Shown: one piece after another, positions 52,251 through 64,000 of the stretch
Layout of the letters: each line of letters opens with the position of its first letter
Position numbering within the stretch: the first letter of the stretch is position 1
NCBI GenBank assembly: GCA_964016885.1
Contig: OZ024743.1
Span: 4,464,001 to 4,528,000, forward strand
From: Eledone cirrhosa
Taxonomy: Eukaryota
Length of the DNA stretch: 64,000 nt
Direction of reading: 5' to 3'
Position numbers and translations under genes: made by a program
The notes under the pieces: generated by a model
Database searches by the model: none
Told to the model about the DNA's origin: nothing
The model's input: only the letters and a program-made list of their open reading frames with translations

Positions 52251-52372
52251 ATAGGAACCAGTAAGACCCCGACAGCTGAGCTCAAGCCGTTTCGACGGCT
52301 AATTCTGGACGCGTCCAGAATTAGCCGTCGAAACGGCTTGAGCTCAGCTGTCGGGGTCTTACTGGTACCTAT
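52251..52372. repeat. Spacerless 122-bp palindrome
   Basis: Centre ggacg|cgtcc at 52311/52312; one mismatch near the ends. Confidence 0.9.
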
Positions 52373-52575
52373 ATATATATATATATATAGAATAATAATA
52401 ATAATATTCATACTTATATATAAACTATATATAGTTATAAACAGGAAAGGTCAGTATTCTTTTTTTATCACATTATTACCAGTATGAAAAATAGCTCAAT
52501 GTAAATACACCAGATGCTTTACAGAGCAGGAATATAGAGTTCAAAACAATCAAAACTATGTTCAATTCATTTTAT

Positions 52576-52622
52576 TGCTGACAATCGTTTCTTCCAAACA
52601 GCCGTTTGGAATCATCGGAGCA
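52576..52622 (-). ncRNA. Type I hammerhead ribozyme (CCGATGA core variant)
   Basis: TGCT-CCGATGA-TTCCAAAC ggct GTTTGGAA-GAAAC-gatt-GTC-AGCA, then an ATAAAA/AATAAA signal. Confidence 0.78.
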
Positions 52623-54232
52623 TTGGCAAAGTTTAAACATATAATTAACCTATTCTACAGAACAATCATAAATATATGTTGATATTATTGTTGCTATCAA
52701 CGGTCTCATATTTAAAGAAAGTGAAGATGCTGTGGTCAGTAACAATGGGTATAATAAAGATTATAAAATAATTATAAAAGAATTATAAAAGAAAGTTACT
52801 CGCAAAGTAGGACATTATGGTATTAAGCAATGGTATTAAGTATATATAGCACAATATGGCAAAGATATCACAAATATAGGTGTAATAGGATATTAAGCAG
52901 TCAGGAATGCATAGGAAATAAGGTGAAAATTGTGAAGCAACTTGTTTAATATACATATACAAAGTTACGTTGATGCATACATTGAGTGTGGATCAGATAA
53001 ATAGTTAAGTGAACAATCTAAGTAAAAATAAAGCTGTTGTGTAGTACAGAAATGTTTGTAGTAGTAAGATATGCAGCGAGATAATTATATTTAAAACAGT
53101 TTCTATGTGATAATTGTTCTGGTAATGTTTAAATGTAGCTGTGTTGTGAGTGTTAATATTGAGGTTTCCCTTTCCATTACATCGGTTATATACAAGAAAT
53201 GATTTTAAATAATATTTAAATAGATACAGTTATAGATTATATATATGCCCTTATTATAATCAGATTAAGGGTTAGAGTTGTTCTGGAGTGATCTCTTTTT
53301 AGTCAGATATGTTAATTTTTCGAGTTGGTGTGGTTATGTCTAACGGTTTAAATTCTAGGAAGTGATAGGAGATCTTCACTAAAGGGAGCTAATGGGAAAG
53401 GGGAGGTAATTGAAGATTTATTTATTTATGTATAGCAGAAAATATATAATCTGGTGTTAGTTGTTTATAAATCCTATTAGTTAAATTCCATGTGTTAATA
53501 TACAATATATTATATTATAAGTGAATCCTTATATAATGCTATTTATATTTATATTTATTTAATACATAACCTGTTTTTTTATATAATATTTAATATTTAA
53601 AGGTCTCAATTGACCCTTACCTACCTATATATTAATTGAATGAATAAAATATGAGTAAGGAAGATATTATAGTTATATTAAGTGGTGATACGTGTATGTT
53701 TATTCACTATAGTTATTATTGAGTATAGGATCTGAGATAAATAGGAGATAAATGAAGGAATGAGCTGATACAAAAATGTGATGTTGTGGAGGTATTTTAT
53801 GCTGATAAAACCTAGAGGTAAAGTGTTAACGGTGGTGAGGAATCTATATCTGACATTGTTATATATTAGCAGCTAGGTTAAAATTGTGGAAAGAGTGTCG
53901 GTGGTAGTATTGGCACGTGGAAAAAATTTCAGATTTTCTATTTAAAAGGTTTAGCTTAGAATAGACTATAGTGCGAGACTCTAAAAGACAGAGGTTACAG
54001 AATCTATTCGGGGGTTTATAAGAGGTGGCCCTATCTACAACTTCCCATTGTAGTGTGTATGGTCTATTCCTAGTTTTCAAAGAGTCTATGTAGATAGATG
54101 AAGAAGTGGAGTTAGCTAGATTATGATTTTTGAAAGTGTGAAGATCCGGGTCATATCTCGTCTTGAAGCAGCTTGAGGTAGAACCAATATATGTTTTCGA
54201 GGTGTTATTTGTATTGACTGTACAAGAATATA

Positions 54233-54417
54233 TAATTGTTTCTACTTTAGGCACAAGGCCAGCAATTACCCAGTGCATTACTGGTACTTTATTTTATCGA
54301 CCCCGTAACGATGAAAGGCAAAGTCAACCTCGGCGGGATTTGAACTCAGATCGTAAAGGGACGTAACTATGCTGGAAAGCATGGCGTCCGACCCTCTACC
54401 GATACTGCCAATCCACC
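54233..54417 (-). mobile_element. tRNA-derived SINE inside the PLE
   Basis: Young consensus. Confidence 0.88.
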
Positions 54418-54632
54418 GTCTTTGATTAAGCAGTTTTTTCTCAAGGGGCAAGTTCTATTTGTTCTACAATTACAGTTATTTTGGTTGTTTACCTGTCGGT
54501 TAATAGGGTGTGTAGGTGCATGGTTGTTAGGGAGAGTATTAGGATAATGACGATTAGTATTGCTATTGCTATTAATTTCATTAGTGCTGTTACTATTATT
54601 GTTATTGCTACTATAATTCTCCGTTATTATGA

Positions 54633-54812
54633 ATTGGCAGTATCGGTAGAGAGTCGGACGCCATGCTTTCCAGCATAGTTACGTCCCTTTGCGGTCTGAG
54701 TTCAAATCCCGCTGAGGTTTACTTTGCCTTTCATCCTTACGGGGTCGATAAAATAAAGTACCAGTAATGCACTAGGTAATTGCTGGCCTTGTGCCTAAAG
54801 TAGAAACAATTA
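54633..54812 (+). mobile_element. tRNA-derived SINE inside the PLE
   Basis: Young consensus; apparent TSD attatg. Confidence 0.88.
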
Positions 54813-55778
54813 TGTTGCTATGCAAGTTACCCTCGTGTTGTGATTTAATCATTTGGAAATAATTATTAATCTTCCTTTTATTATTACTAGCTATATGGTT
54901 CGCAATGTTAGGTGTGGAAGAATAAGAGATGTTAACAGTATTTTTATTCATAAGATTATGGTATCTATGGCCGACTGGGAATTTTTTTTCTAAAATTGAG
55001 AAGAAAGCCTTAGGCAAGTTGGTGGAAACGTTTAAATTGAAAGAGGGATTGAAAAATGTATTAGTTCTTCCTCTATTTGTGTGATTATTTTTGTAAGGTT
55101 ATCTGTAGTATTGTTTATATTTCTATTTTTATTATTATTATTAGGATGTTATAACTAGATCATTTTTTAGGTAAAAATTTAATTTCATCTTTATTGCCTG
55201 AGTGAACTAAAGCGTCATTATAGTATCGGTAATTTCTGTTAAATATAGTTTCATTATAAGATAGAGAGGTTATTCTATTAGATACTCCTTTAGTAATCGA
55301 GTTTAATATAGATTTAGGGTGGTTAGAGTTAGTATTCACATAAAGTAGTTTTTCATTTGGTTTATGAAAGGGTTTATATATTTTAGAGTCCAGGCAAAGC
55401 GTATCATCAAGGAAGTTAACGTTTTTAGTGTTTCTATCTATGGTAATACTTAAGTTGAAGTTTTTAAATAGTTTATGTAATTGTTTTCTAGTTCTTTCTA
55501 TATTAAATTGTTTACAATCAATAAGTAGTAGTGCATCATCGCGGTATAAGCCACCATTGAGGTAGGGTAAATTCTTAGGAATCTCATTTAAGAGGTATAG
55601 ACCCACCAAATCTGTAACCTGCGCCGAGTCACTGGATCCCATAGTTATGTCAAAGTTGTTAGGTGTATCCTTGCGGGTCCATAATTGATCTTCAAATACA
55701 ATTATGGTTTTACGGGCCACAAGGATGACATCGATTTGGGATCCAGTCAGGTCACTATTATTCATAGCCATTATTAAT

Positions 55779-55970
55779 GGGCGGTGGATTGGCAGTATTG
55801 GTAGAGGGTCACACGCCATGCTTTGCAGCACAGTTACGTCCCTTTACGGACTGAGTTCAAATCCCGCCGAGGTTAACTTTGCCTTTCATCCTTACGGGGT
55901 TAATAATATAAAGTACCAGTAATACACTGGGATAATTTCTGGCCTTGTGCCAAAAGTAGAAACAATTATT
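55779..55970 (+). mobile_element. tRNA-derived SINE inside the PLE RT
   Basis: Young consensus; apparent TSD attattaatg. Confidence 0.88.
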
Positions 55971-56441
55971 AATGCCTTGTTTAATAGGATAGGAGAAATA
56001 GAGGTGTAGTACTAATTCATATCAAATTGGATAATTTTTTTTTTTTATTCCCATTAATATTATTGAACCATTCAATAACTTCACCAGTATTTCCCCATAG
56101 GTTAAGATAGGTTTTTTTGTCTAAATTGGGATGATTCTGTCTAGTATTTTTTTGCTAATAATTCCAATGTCAGATTTGGAAGGGCAAATTAGCCTACTAT
56201 TAAAGTCTTCCTTGTGCTCCTTCAGAGAGAATCTTGGGGGATTAGGGGTGTAAGGTTGTGTATATCTCTGAAGTCCTAATTTACATACTATATAATAGTG
56301 GTTTTCTTATAGGTCTTATGCAGTTCTTTATATATAAATTTTCTATAATTTTCATAATCTAGGCTATATATATTATTGGTTTTATCACCACGTACTAGAA
56401 TTTTCTTATTTCTATTAAATCTTTTAATAGTATATATATAT

Positions 56442-57586
56442 ATACATTAAAATATATGATAAACACAAAACGTGTTTGCATTGTAACAGACAAAGTTAGC
56501 TATTAATGAAATAAACTAATTAAAGTGAATACAATTTGTCTGTCTCGATATAAGTCAATAAAGACAAGCTTATATTGGCAACGGCCATGATTCCTGGACA
56601 GATTTAAATTTCAAAATCCAAACCTGTTCCGTAGACGAATTTGAACCCTGAAACCTAAATCCGTTTCGCAACGGTGGTATGTGAATTTTCTCTTTATTTT
56701 TCAATTCACATACCACCGTTGCGAAACGGATTTAGGTTTCAGGGTTCAAATTCGTCTACGGAACAGGTTTGGATTTTGAAATTTAAATCTGTCCAGGAAT
56801 CATGGCCGTTGCCAATATAAGCTTGTCTTTATTGACTTATATCGAGACAGACAAATTTTATTCACTTTAATTAGTTTATTTCATTAATAGCTAACTTTGT
56901 CTGTTACAATGCAAACACGTTTTGTATTTATCATATATTTTAATGTATTTAACTGCTCGGAAATCCCCCTTTTCTTGGAGCTTAATTATTGTAAACGACT
57001 GAGAGTTTATTCTCAAAATATAATATAGTATATTGCTCCTTAACTGTAGAACTGATCTTTAATCCCGCATAAACGGCTGTTATTTCTAGCACCGGGAATG
57101 CGGGATGGCTAGTTTGGCCTGTCTACACACGTGTAGTCAGACCTGCAAAATTTTTGATGTGAGATGTACTAATTTTACTGGATTCCTGTTGATAAGCACA
57201 GAAGATTTGGTTATTTCACTTTTTATTTCAATTCCATTTCGATTCTCTTTATTTTTCAATTCACATACCACCGTTGCGAAACGGATTTAGGTTTCAGGGT
57301 TCAAATTCGTCTACGGAAAAGGTTTGGATTTTGAAATTTAAATCTGTCCAGGAATCATGGCCGTTGCCAATATAAGCTTGTCTTTATTGACTTATATCGA
57401 GACAGACAAATTGTATTCACTTTAATTAGTTTATTTCATTAATAGCTAACTTTGTCTGTTACAATGCAAACACGTTTTGTGTTTATCATATATTTTAATG
57501 TATTTAACTGCTCGGAAATGCCCCTTTTCTTGGAGCTTAATTATTGTAAACGACTGAGAGTTTATTCTCAAAATATAATATAGTAT
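56442..57586 (+). mobile_element. PLE-like end with inverted plus tandem pLTRs
   Basis: 56442-56686 is inverted at 56702-56948, and 56686-57030 is directly repeated at 57243-57586. The frame ...STE(Q/K)VWILKFK resembles the PLE endonuclease E..WI..L terminus. Confidence 0.7.
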
Positions 57587-57654
57587 ATATATATATACAT
57601 TTACGTGTTTATCTGTGCACGTATTTATATACGTGTGTGTATGTGTGTCTGTAT

Positions 57655-57755
<101 letters not shown>

Positions 57756-58958
57756 ATGATAGGGAATGTTGTGATGCTTAAGCTTTTCATCCTAATAAAA
57801 CCTCGAGTTCATAATAGAAGAAAATAAGTTGATTAAACAATTACTCCTTTCTTTAAAACATTTTATGTTTGAAGTACAAATATCTTAAGCGAGAATTGAA
57901 ACTGAAGTTAATAACAAGTCACTGAGTGTATACCACTTAACCCAAGCCTTTCTCTAGAATATTTTAATGTTAAACACAAAATTTACTATTTCTTTTAAGT
58001 AACTGTAATCGGCGTCTGAATATCGGCCATTATATCCAAATCAATTAAAATTGTATAAAAATAGATTTGTATCTAACTGCATTAAACATTCAAGTGCTGA
58101 GCAGATATAAACATAGAGTTGATGAGTGTTTGGTGGAATGCAGTGGGCTCCTAAATGGGAAAACTATGCCATTGGATTAAGATTTGCATCACTCGTATAT
58201 CATGTTTTTATAATCTCTGCAGCAAAATTATTGGCTTATGTGGAACTTGATAGGCCGACACTTCAATGCAAATTTAATTTTCACTGTAAATTGCTAAAAC
58301 TTGTTTTGGAGCTAATGAATGAAACACATATTTAAAACTGAACATTATTAATGCCGTATTCAGCAATAGAAGAGTGATATATGATTAGGAATGAAATCAT
58401 TATCCACAAGAAAAACGGTATAGAACCGTATTAGAATCCACAACAGTAGTTAATTTCCTTTCTCAATTTTGTGAATTCAAATTCTGTCAGTACTAACCTT
58501 CAGATTTAATATAAATACTGATCACCTAAAAGCTATGGAAATACAGTATCTCTGGGAAATAAACTTAAATTTACATTTCTAGGATAGATAAAGAAATTAT
58601 TCTTCAAACTATATAGAAGCAGGGGAACAATGCAGTGTTGAATTCCCCCAAAAAACAGAATTTGCTAACTGGTATTGATTCTGGGTTAGAATGTTATATT
58701 AAATAATAATCAGCTGACATTGCACTTTCAATATACTAATGAGGTATAATAGAACGAAACAATCTATTGCCGGCAACAAACGATTAGGATCTCATCGGAA
58801 TATGTGAATTAATTTTGAGAATTTAGTTTGAAATTACTTCAAATTATTTCCCACTTTCTTTCAAATGTGATACAGTAAGCTGTTTCTCCCAATTTAAAGG
58901 GAAAATGCAATAGGCTATGGGTATGGCTATATTATACATGACATTCAGTACATTGTCC

Positions 58959-59044
<86 letters not shown>

Positions 59045-59229
59045 GATATTTGTTTTAAACGCCGGTACAATGTCGTAGAAGAATACGAAGAGCAGATGAT
59101 AACAAATGAATCAAAACAAAACAAAGTAATGTTTTTCCCTGTGTATTAAAAACAAAAAAAGGAATCTACTAAAGAATAACAGTAAAACGAGGAAAAAATA
59201 AGACTATTTATAAGTAATTATGAATCATT

Positions 59230-60935
59230 ACCTCCTTACGGATAACTGACGCTGCACACGAGGTCCGAACACAGAAGAGACGAACTCCCACTGTCATCGA
59301 CCCCATCTCTCTCTATTATGAGAAAATGGGCCCCGGCGGACAGAATGGAGAAGGCGTTTCCCCGGAGGATGGTAAGGAAGATGCGCTGGAAGAGCCATTC
59401 CATCTCGCGAGGCCCACACCTGCGGCTAGCCAGCTCAGAAACTATGGTGGTAAGTAGAGGGGTAGTCCTAGGGCCAAGGACACCAGAAGTCTCCATTGCT
59501 AAAGGCTCCACTGCAAGCTTGTCGGAAAGCGACCGATATTTGAAGAGTTTACCCTCCTCAGCCCGAAGTGCAGCAGAACCTGGGTAAGTCGCAGACTGCA
59601 CCAGGTTGCCACTGGAGAATGTGTATCTGCAAGTGGCATCTCAGACGAGGGGTTTACCACCGTGGAACGGAAAGATGGTCATACCGTCTGGCCTTTTGCC
59701 GTCCCCTCGGTCCAGCCCCACCGGCTCAAGCTAGGAGGGGAGGCCTGCATCATGGCATGGAAGGTGGCCGGCACTGTAGCGACAGCAAAGTGGATGGAAG
59801 CGGGAATAGTCCACTGTGGATACGCAGCGACATTTGTGTGGCTCGCAGATCCGGGTGCCAAGCCTCAGGGAAACCCCGATGCGCATGTTATCGTTGTCCA
59901 TCTGCGTGCTAGTGAAGAAGGAGGATAAGGCATGGAACCATGTACCGCTGTGTGGTTGTGAGGTCACGGGAAAACATGCAAGGCGGCGCTGGTCAAGCTG
60001 ACGCGCTAGCCTGTCAGAGGCCAGGTTGCACTAGATGGCATTCCAAATGCTCTGGGGGACTTGATGTCAGCAGAAGAGGAAAGAGGAGGGACGTCTACTG
60101 GGCTAAGTCCAAGCCGATTCCACGACTGGCAGGTGGCCTCACGTTCCTCGATCAGAGTGGGTTCCATTGTGTTTAGGAGAACCTTGTTTATGAGGAATCG
60201 GCATGAGGTTACGCTGGCAAAGACAGCGAGATCGGGGACCAGGGTCCAATGGTGATATCTAACAGGTATGGTTGCCTGTTACTATCTATTGAGGTCAGCA
60301 AGGAGAGAATCGTGGCTGCAGCACGGAGCACTATGAAAAGTATAGAGGAGTTTCGGCATGGCGAAGCAGTTCCTCAACAGGAAGAGGGCTGGGTGAGAGT
60401 CAAGCATGCCCAGTCGGCTCGTGAGGGTCTTGAGTTGCTGGAGCCTAAACCTGATGGTGGAGTGGATGGCCGGTGGGTGGATCGGTGACCCGAAGATGAG
60501 GACATTCTCATTAGTGGTCACCTGTACCTGGAGGAGAATAGATCGTATGTCCGAGACGGAGACTGCAAAGCTCTCAGCCTCGTAGTTGACATTCACCACC
60601 TTCGACTATGATGAGTTGACCTGGAGGGCGATTCCCGCCGGAGCATGAACCACCGATTGTAGGTCTTGGCAGACAGTCTCTATGGGCCCGCCCAACGTAG
60701 CATCATCCAGGGGGCCGTGATACTCCGAGCAATGGGGTCTATACCAAGAGCAAAATAGGAAGGGGCCCAAAAGGTCACCCTGCTGGACTCCAATGGCTGA
60801 AGGCATGACCGTATCAGCAGCAAGAAGTATGCTCGGGGCTCCATATGACAGGTAGGCCAGTGGGTAGGCAGAGGGGGCTCAGCTGAGACAGGCCTGGAGC
60901 AGACGGTCACGGCGTAAGCAGTTAAAAGCATTCCT
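59230..60935 (-). mobile_element. Decayed CRE-type non-LTR retrotransposon (RT + RLE)
   Basis: GVQQGDLLGPFLF, LDDATLGG, SGTWFHAL...MRIGVSLRLG, C.C...H.LCC, AEEGKLFKY, PLAMETSG, WLFQRI...ILRGNA. Confidence 0.8.
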
Positions 60936-61019
60936 CTGGGTTATTATCCTTTTTCGGGCTCGCTACGTAATCATTCTGCCTCTGGTAGAATGATTACAAT
61001 AGAAGTATTATATGAAGTA

Positions 61020-61230
61020 TGCAGCAATATAGCGTCGGACACCGTGCTTTGCGGCATAGGGTTACGTCCTTTTGTGTTTTGTGTTCAAATCCCGCCGAGG
61101 TTAGCTTTCCCTTTCATCCTTACAGGAGCAATAGAGTAAAGCACCAGTAATGCACTGGGGTCGATTTGATCGACTCTTTCCCCTCCCCCAAAATTGCTGG
61201 GTTAGGGTCTAAATCAGAAACCATTATTTA
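61020..61230 (+). mobile_element. Older SINE copy
   Basis: gttcaaatcccgccgagg...gcactggggtcgat...ccctcccccaaaattgctgg. Confidence 0.75.
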
Positions 61231-61304
61231 TCTTATTCTGACTCTGAGTAAAACACAATAAAACACCCAAAGAAACCTAAAACTCTGTGACAAAGGAAGA
61301 TATG

Positions 61305-61357
<53 letters not shown>

Positions 61358-61793
61358 CCTTGCATATATGTGTAAGTGTGTATGTATGCATGTGTGGGTG
61401 TGTATTTATAGATGCATATATATATATATATATCATGGGATTACAAATTGTAATTAATTGAGATTATCTAATCAAACAAAAGCTTATTTAAGTAAGGAAA
61501 AGCTTCCTTTTTGTGATATTTATTATCTAAAATCTGCAAACAAATGAGATATATTCAATAAGTTCTGCTAATTAAAGTTTCTAGAAAATACAGAGGATAC
61601 TGGTTGGTGTGGATTATGTTTTTAAATCCAAATGCTCAAAGCAGTAGACCTGTTTTGTTCTTACCAAACCCCTTCAGCGAATCATATATTACCCAGTTGA
61701 CAAGAGAATATATTAAAACATCTTGCAACAGCTATGTGGCAGGATGCAATAACCATTCTATCATGCAAAAACGTACACTGAAAAGGTGTAAGA

Positions 61794-61868
61794 AGTTATC
61801 GGCCTATAATATATAAATAGTTATCGGCCGATAATATATAAATAGTTATCGGCCTATAATATATAATT
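61794..61868 (+). repeat. 25-bp minisatellite x3
   Basis: agttatcggcctataatatataaat. Confidence 0.9.
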
Positions 61869-61902
61869 GTAAATTGTAAACATGACTGTCACCACTGAAT
61901 AT

Positions 61903-61939
61903 GAACCTGAAGATTGCGAAAGCATGAAAGTACTTGTTC
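61903..61939 (+). ncRNA. Minimal type I hammerhead ribozyme
   Basis: GAAC-CTGAAGA-tTGC gaaa GCAt-GAAA-GTAC-TT-GTTC; palindromic stem III AAGTACTT. Confidence 0.75.
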
Positions 61940-62050
61940 GATTAACACTTAACATTTAATATTCTACCATACTATTTCATTATAATATCATTATAATTTA
62001 AAGGATTGTAAATAAAACGAGTAAATCAGACAAAGTTGGAATTCCTTTTA

Positions 62051-62171
<121 letters not shown>

Positions 62172-62510
62172 ATATATATCCCTCTCTCACTTCCTCCCGT
62201 TTGACCTGTGTGAAATCCTTTTCTCGCTCACATCTCACCCATGTCGGATGGTCTGTATCTCTCGTCCATGATTTCACCAAGCTTAAGCTTATAGATATCA
62301 TGTACTTGTCTCTTCCTATCTTTCCGTTGCAATACCATCTTTGTTTGTTTACATGTCTCGCTCGCTTCACGCTATTTTACTTGTCCCAATAACTTTATTT
62401 AGTTATTGCTCGCACCAACCAGAGGTTTATGATTTTTAAAGCGATGAAATACCAATGAAGGTTGAAAGATCACTGATGAAGGACTAATTTTATTCATATA
62501 TATATATATA

Positions 62511-62817
62511 TATAAAGAAAAGGAGATGAAATCGAAAATGCAACTGGAGTCTTATTTTTTTAAAAAATATATATATATATTTGGTTCCTTTACCGGTTTC
62601 GCAGTTCTTCAGATGTGAGAAAAACCACAGACCCTCCATCTCAACTCACCTTTTGAAAAGCAGAAGAACTGCGAAACCGGTAAAGGAACCAAATAAATAT
62701 ATATATTTTTAAAAAAAATAAGACTCCCGTTGCATTTTCGATTTCATCTCTTTTTCTTTATACTTTCACTCGTGTAGGACACCTCAGTTATTTTTCATTT
62801 TGTAAAAAAAACCTCAC

Positions 62818-62820
<3 letters not shown>
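62511..62820. mobile_element. Inverted pLTR-like repeat with a core-mutated hammerhead (62649-62686)
   Basis: 62511-62608 is inverted at 62663-62762. CCTT-TTGAAAA-GCAG aagaa CTGC-GAAAC-CG-GTA-AAGG. Confidence 0.7.
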
Positions 62821-62848
<28 letters not shown>

Positions 62849-63484
62849 CATACATATATATGGATATATATGTATACATACACACACACACACATATATA
62901 TATATATATTCAAGAAGTTATGTACAGAGTACCATGCTCGGGAAACTCTTTCCCTTTAAACTAGAGAAAAAACAAAAAATCATAGCAGCACCTGTTAAGG
63001 CCTTTCAAACGAAAGAGATGGTTTGAACTCAAAAGGATCCACATGTTTAGAAAAAGTCGCCCCAGAAATAGGAAATCATTTTCACACCACCTGAGCGTCA
63101 ACATAATTTTAATTTCTATTCTATCGCATTTTACACTAGTTTTTGTTCTTTGTTTTATATTCACTATTTAACATATGCACATGCGGATACTCCACGTCGA
63201 TCATACTAATTTCATCACATCCAACACCATCATTTTTCAAATGTCTAGTCTTTTGGAGTACATAATTGGACTATCATCTTGGATTCCATTGTCTCTTTAC
63301 TGACATGGATAATACCTGCTGATGAAAGCAAATCAGTTCCACTTGTTTCTGAAATTGGTGTATTTTTATGATTACATTTTTATATAATTCTATATGATTT
63401 TATATTTCAGACTTGAAGTACTTTATTGTCGATATTCAATATACTGAATACATATAAATATATACGTATGTAGATGTGTATGCA

Positions 63485-63630
<146 letters not shown>

Positions 63631-64000
63631 CGCGCGAAAACGAAACGATAATCAGAGTCAGTCTTTTCGAATGAGTAATATCATAGAATTTTATAATTCC
63701 GGTGTTATATTTTTTAATGTGAGGAACAACTTATTTATGCTGCTACACCAATCCATCAATTCTACAATGAGAAATGATGATGCAATATTTTCTACTGAAT
63801 TTTAAAACCATAAGTAAATAAATTAACAAATTATATCTCATCTTATATGAAAATATAGCGCTTGTCAAATCTCCAAACATGCCTTGCAATATTTTATTTT
63901 TACTTTTCATACATTGTGCTTTCATTCTATGGCGAGCTATAAAACAACTACCCACAATTCTTTTTGTTAGGTCAGCCATGGCTGAGCAGATCCATGACTG

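Larger units (their letters stand above)
52430..56420 (-). mobile_element. Penelope-like element, Naiad-type (RT + C-terminal GIY-YIG), decayed and interrupted by three SINEs
   Basis: RT: RLICPSKSDIG, FDITMGSSDSAQVTDLVGLYLL, GGLYRDDAL, VNFLD, YVNTNSNHP. Endonuclease: IYSC..TYIGST..FKTRY..H..F, CNLCLLE, LLNRKSE. Long AT-rich 3' UTR with a hammerhead. Confidence 0.88.

Noticed and set aside
53859-56420. Selenoprotein recoding, reported for some Naiad PLEs
   Set aside because: The Cys positions I could read (CNLC, STC, LICP) use TGT/TGC; I saw no conserved in-frame TGA or clear SECIS.
61794-61868. CRISPR-like array
   Set aside because: Head-to-tail 25-bp repeats without spacers, in eukaryotic context, with no cas genes.

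Overview
AT-rich, microsatellite-dense eukaryotic DNA, most likely from an octopod cephalopod (inferred from the tRNA-like SINE family and the repeat landscape). No complete host gene is evident; there is one candidate exon. The window is mostly mobile DNA. (1) A ~21 kb retroelement pile-up (26.6-47.8 kb) in which the junctions are mostly (ATT/AAT)n runs. It holds two tandem L1/Tx1-type LINEs on + (one decayed, one with intact ORF1 and ORF2), four R4/Dong-type RLE retrotransposon copies on - and several SINEs. (2) Many Penelope-like element (PLE) pieces with inverted or tandem pseudo-LTRs and hammerhead-ribozyme motifs, mostly embedded in (TA)n, including a long Naiad-type PLE at 52.4-56.4 kb. 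(3) A decayed hAT transposon, a decayed CRE-type retrotransposon, RTE and CR1-like fragments, and a mariner-like MITE. The most interesting signals are a conserved 52-53 nt putative intron that would splice Tx1 ORF1 in frame to ORF2, divergent ORF1 modules on a near-identical ORF2, and a 3'-end motif shared by the Tx1 LINE and the SINE. All calls were made by eye and boundaries are approximate.
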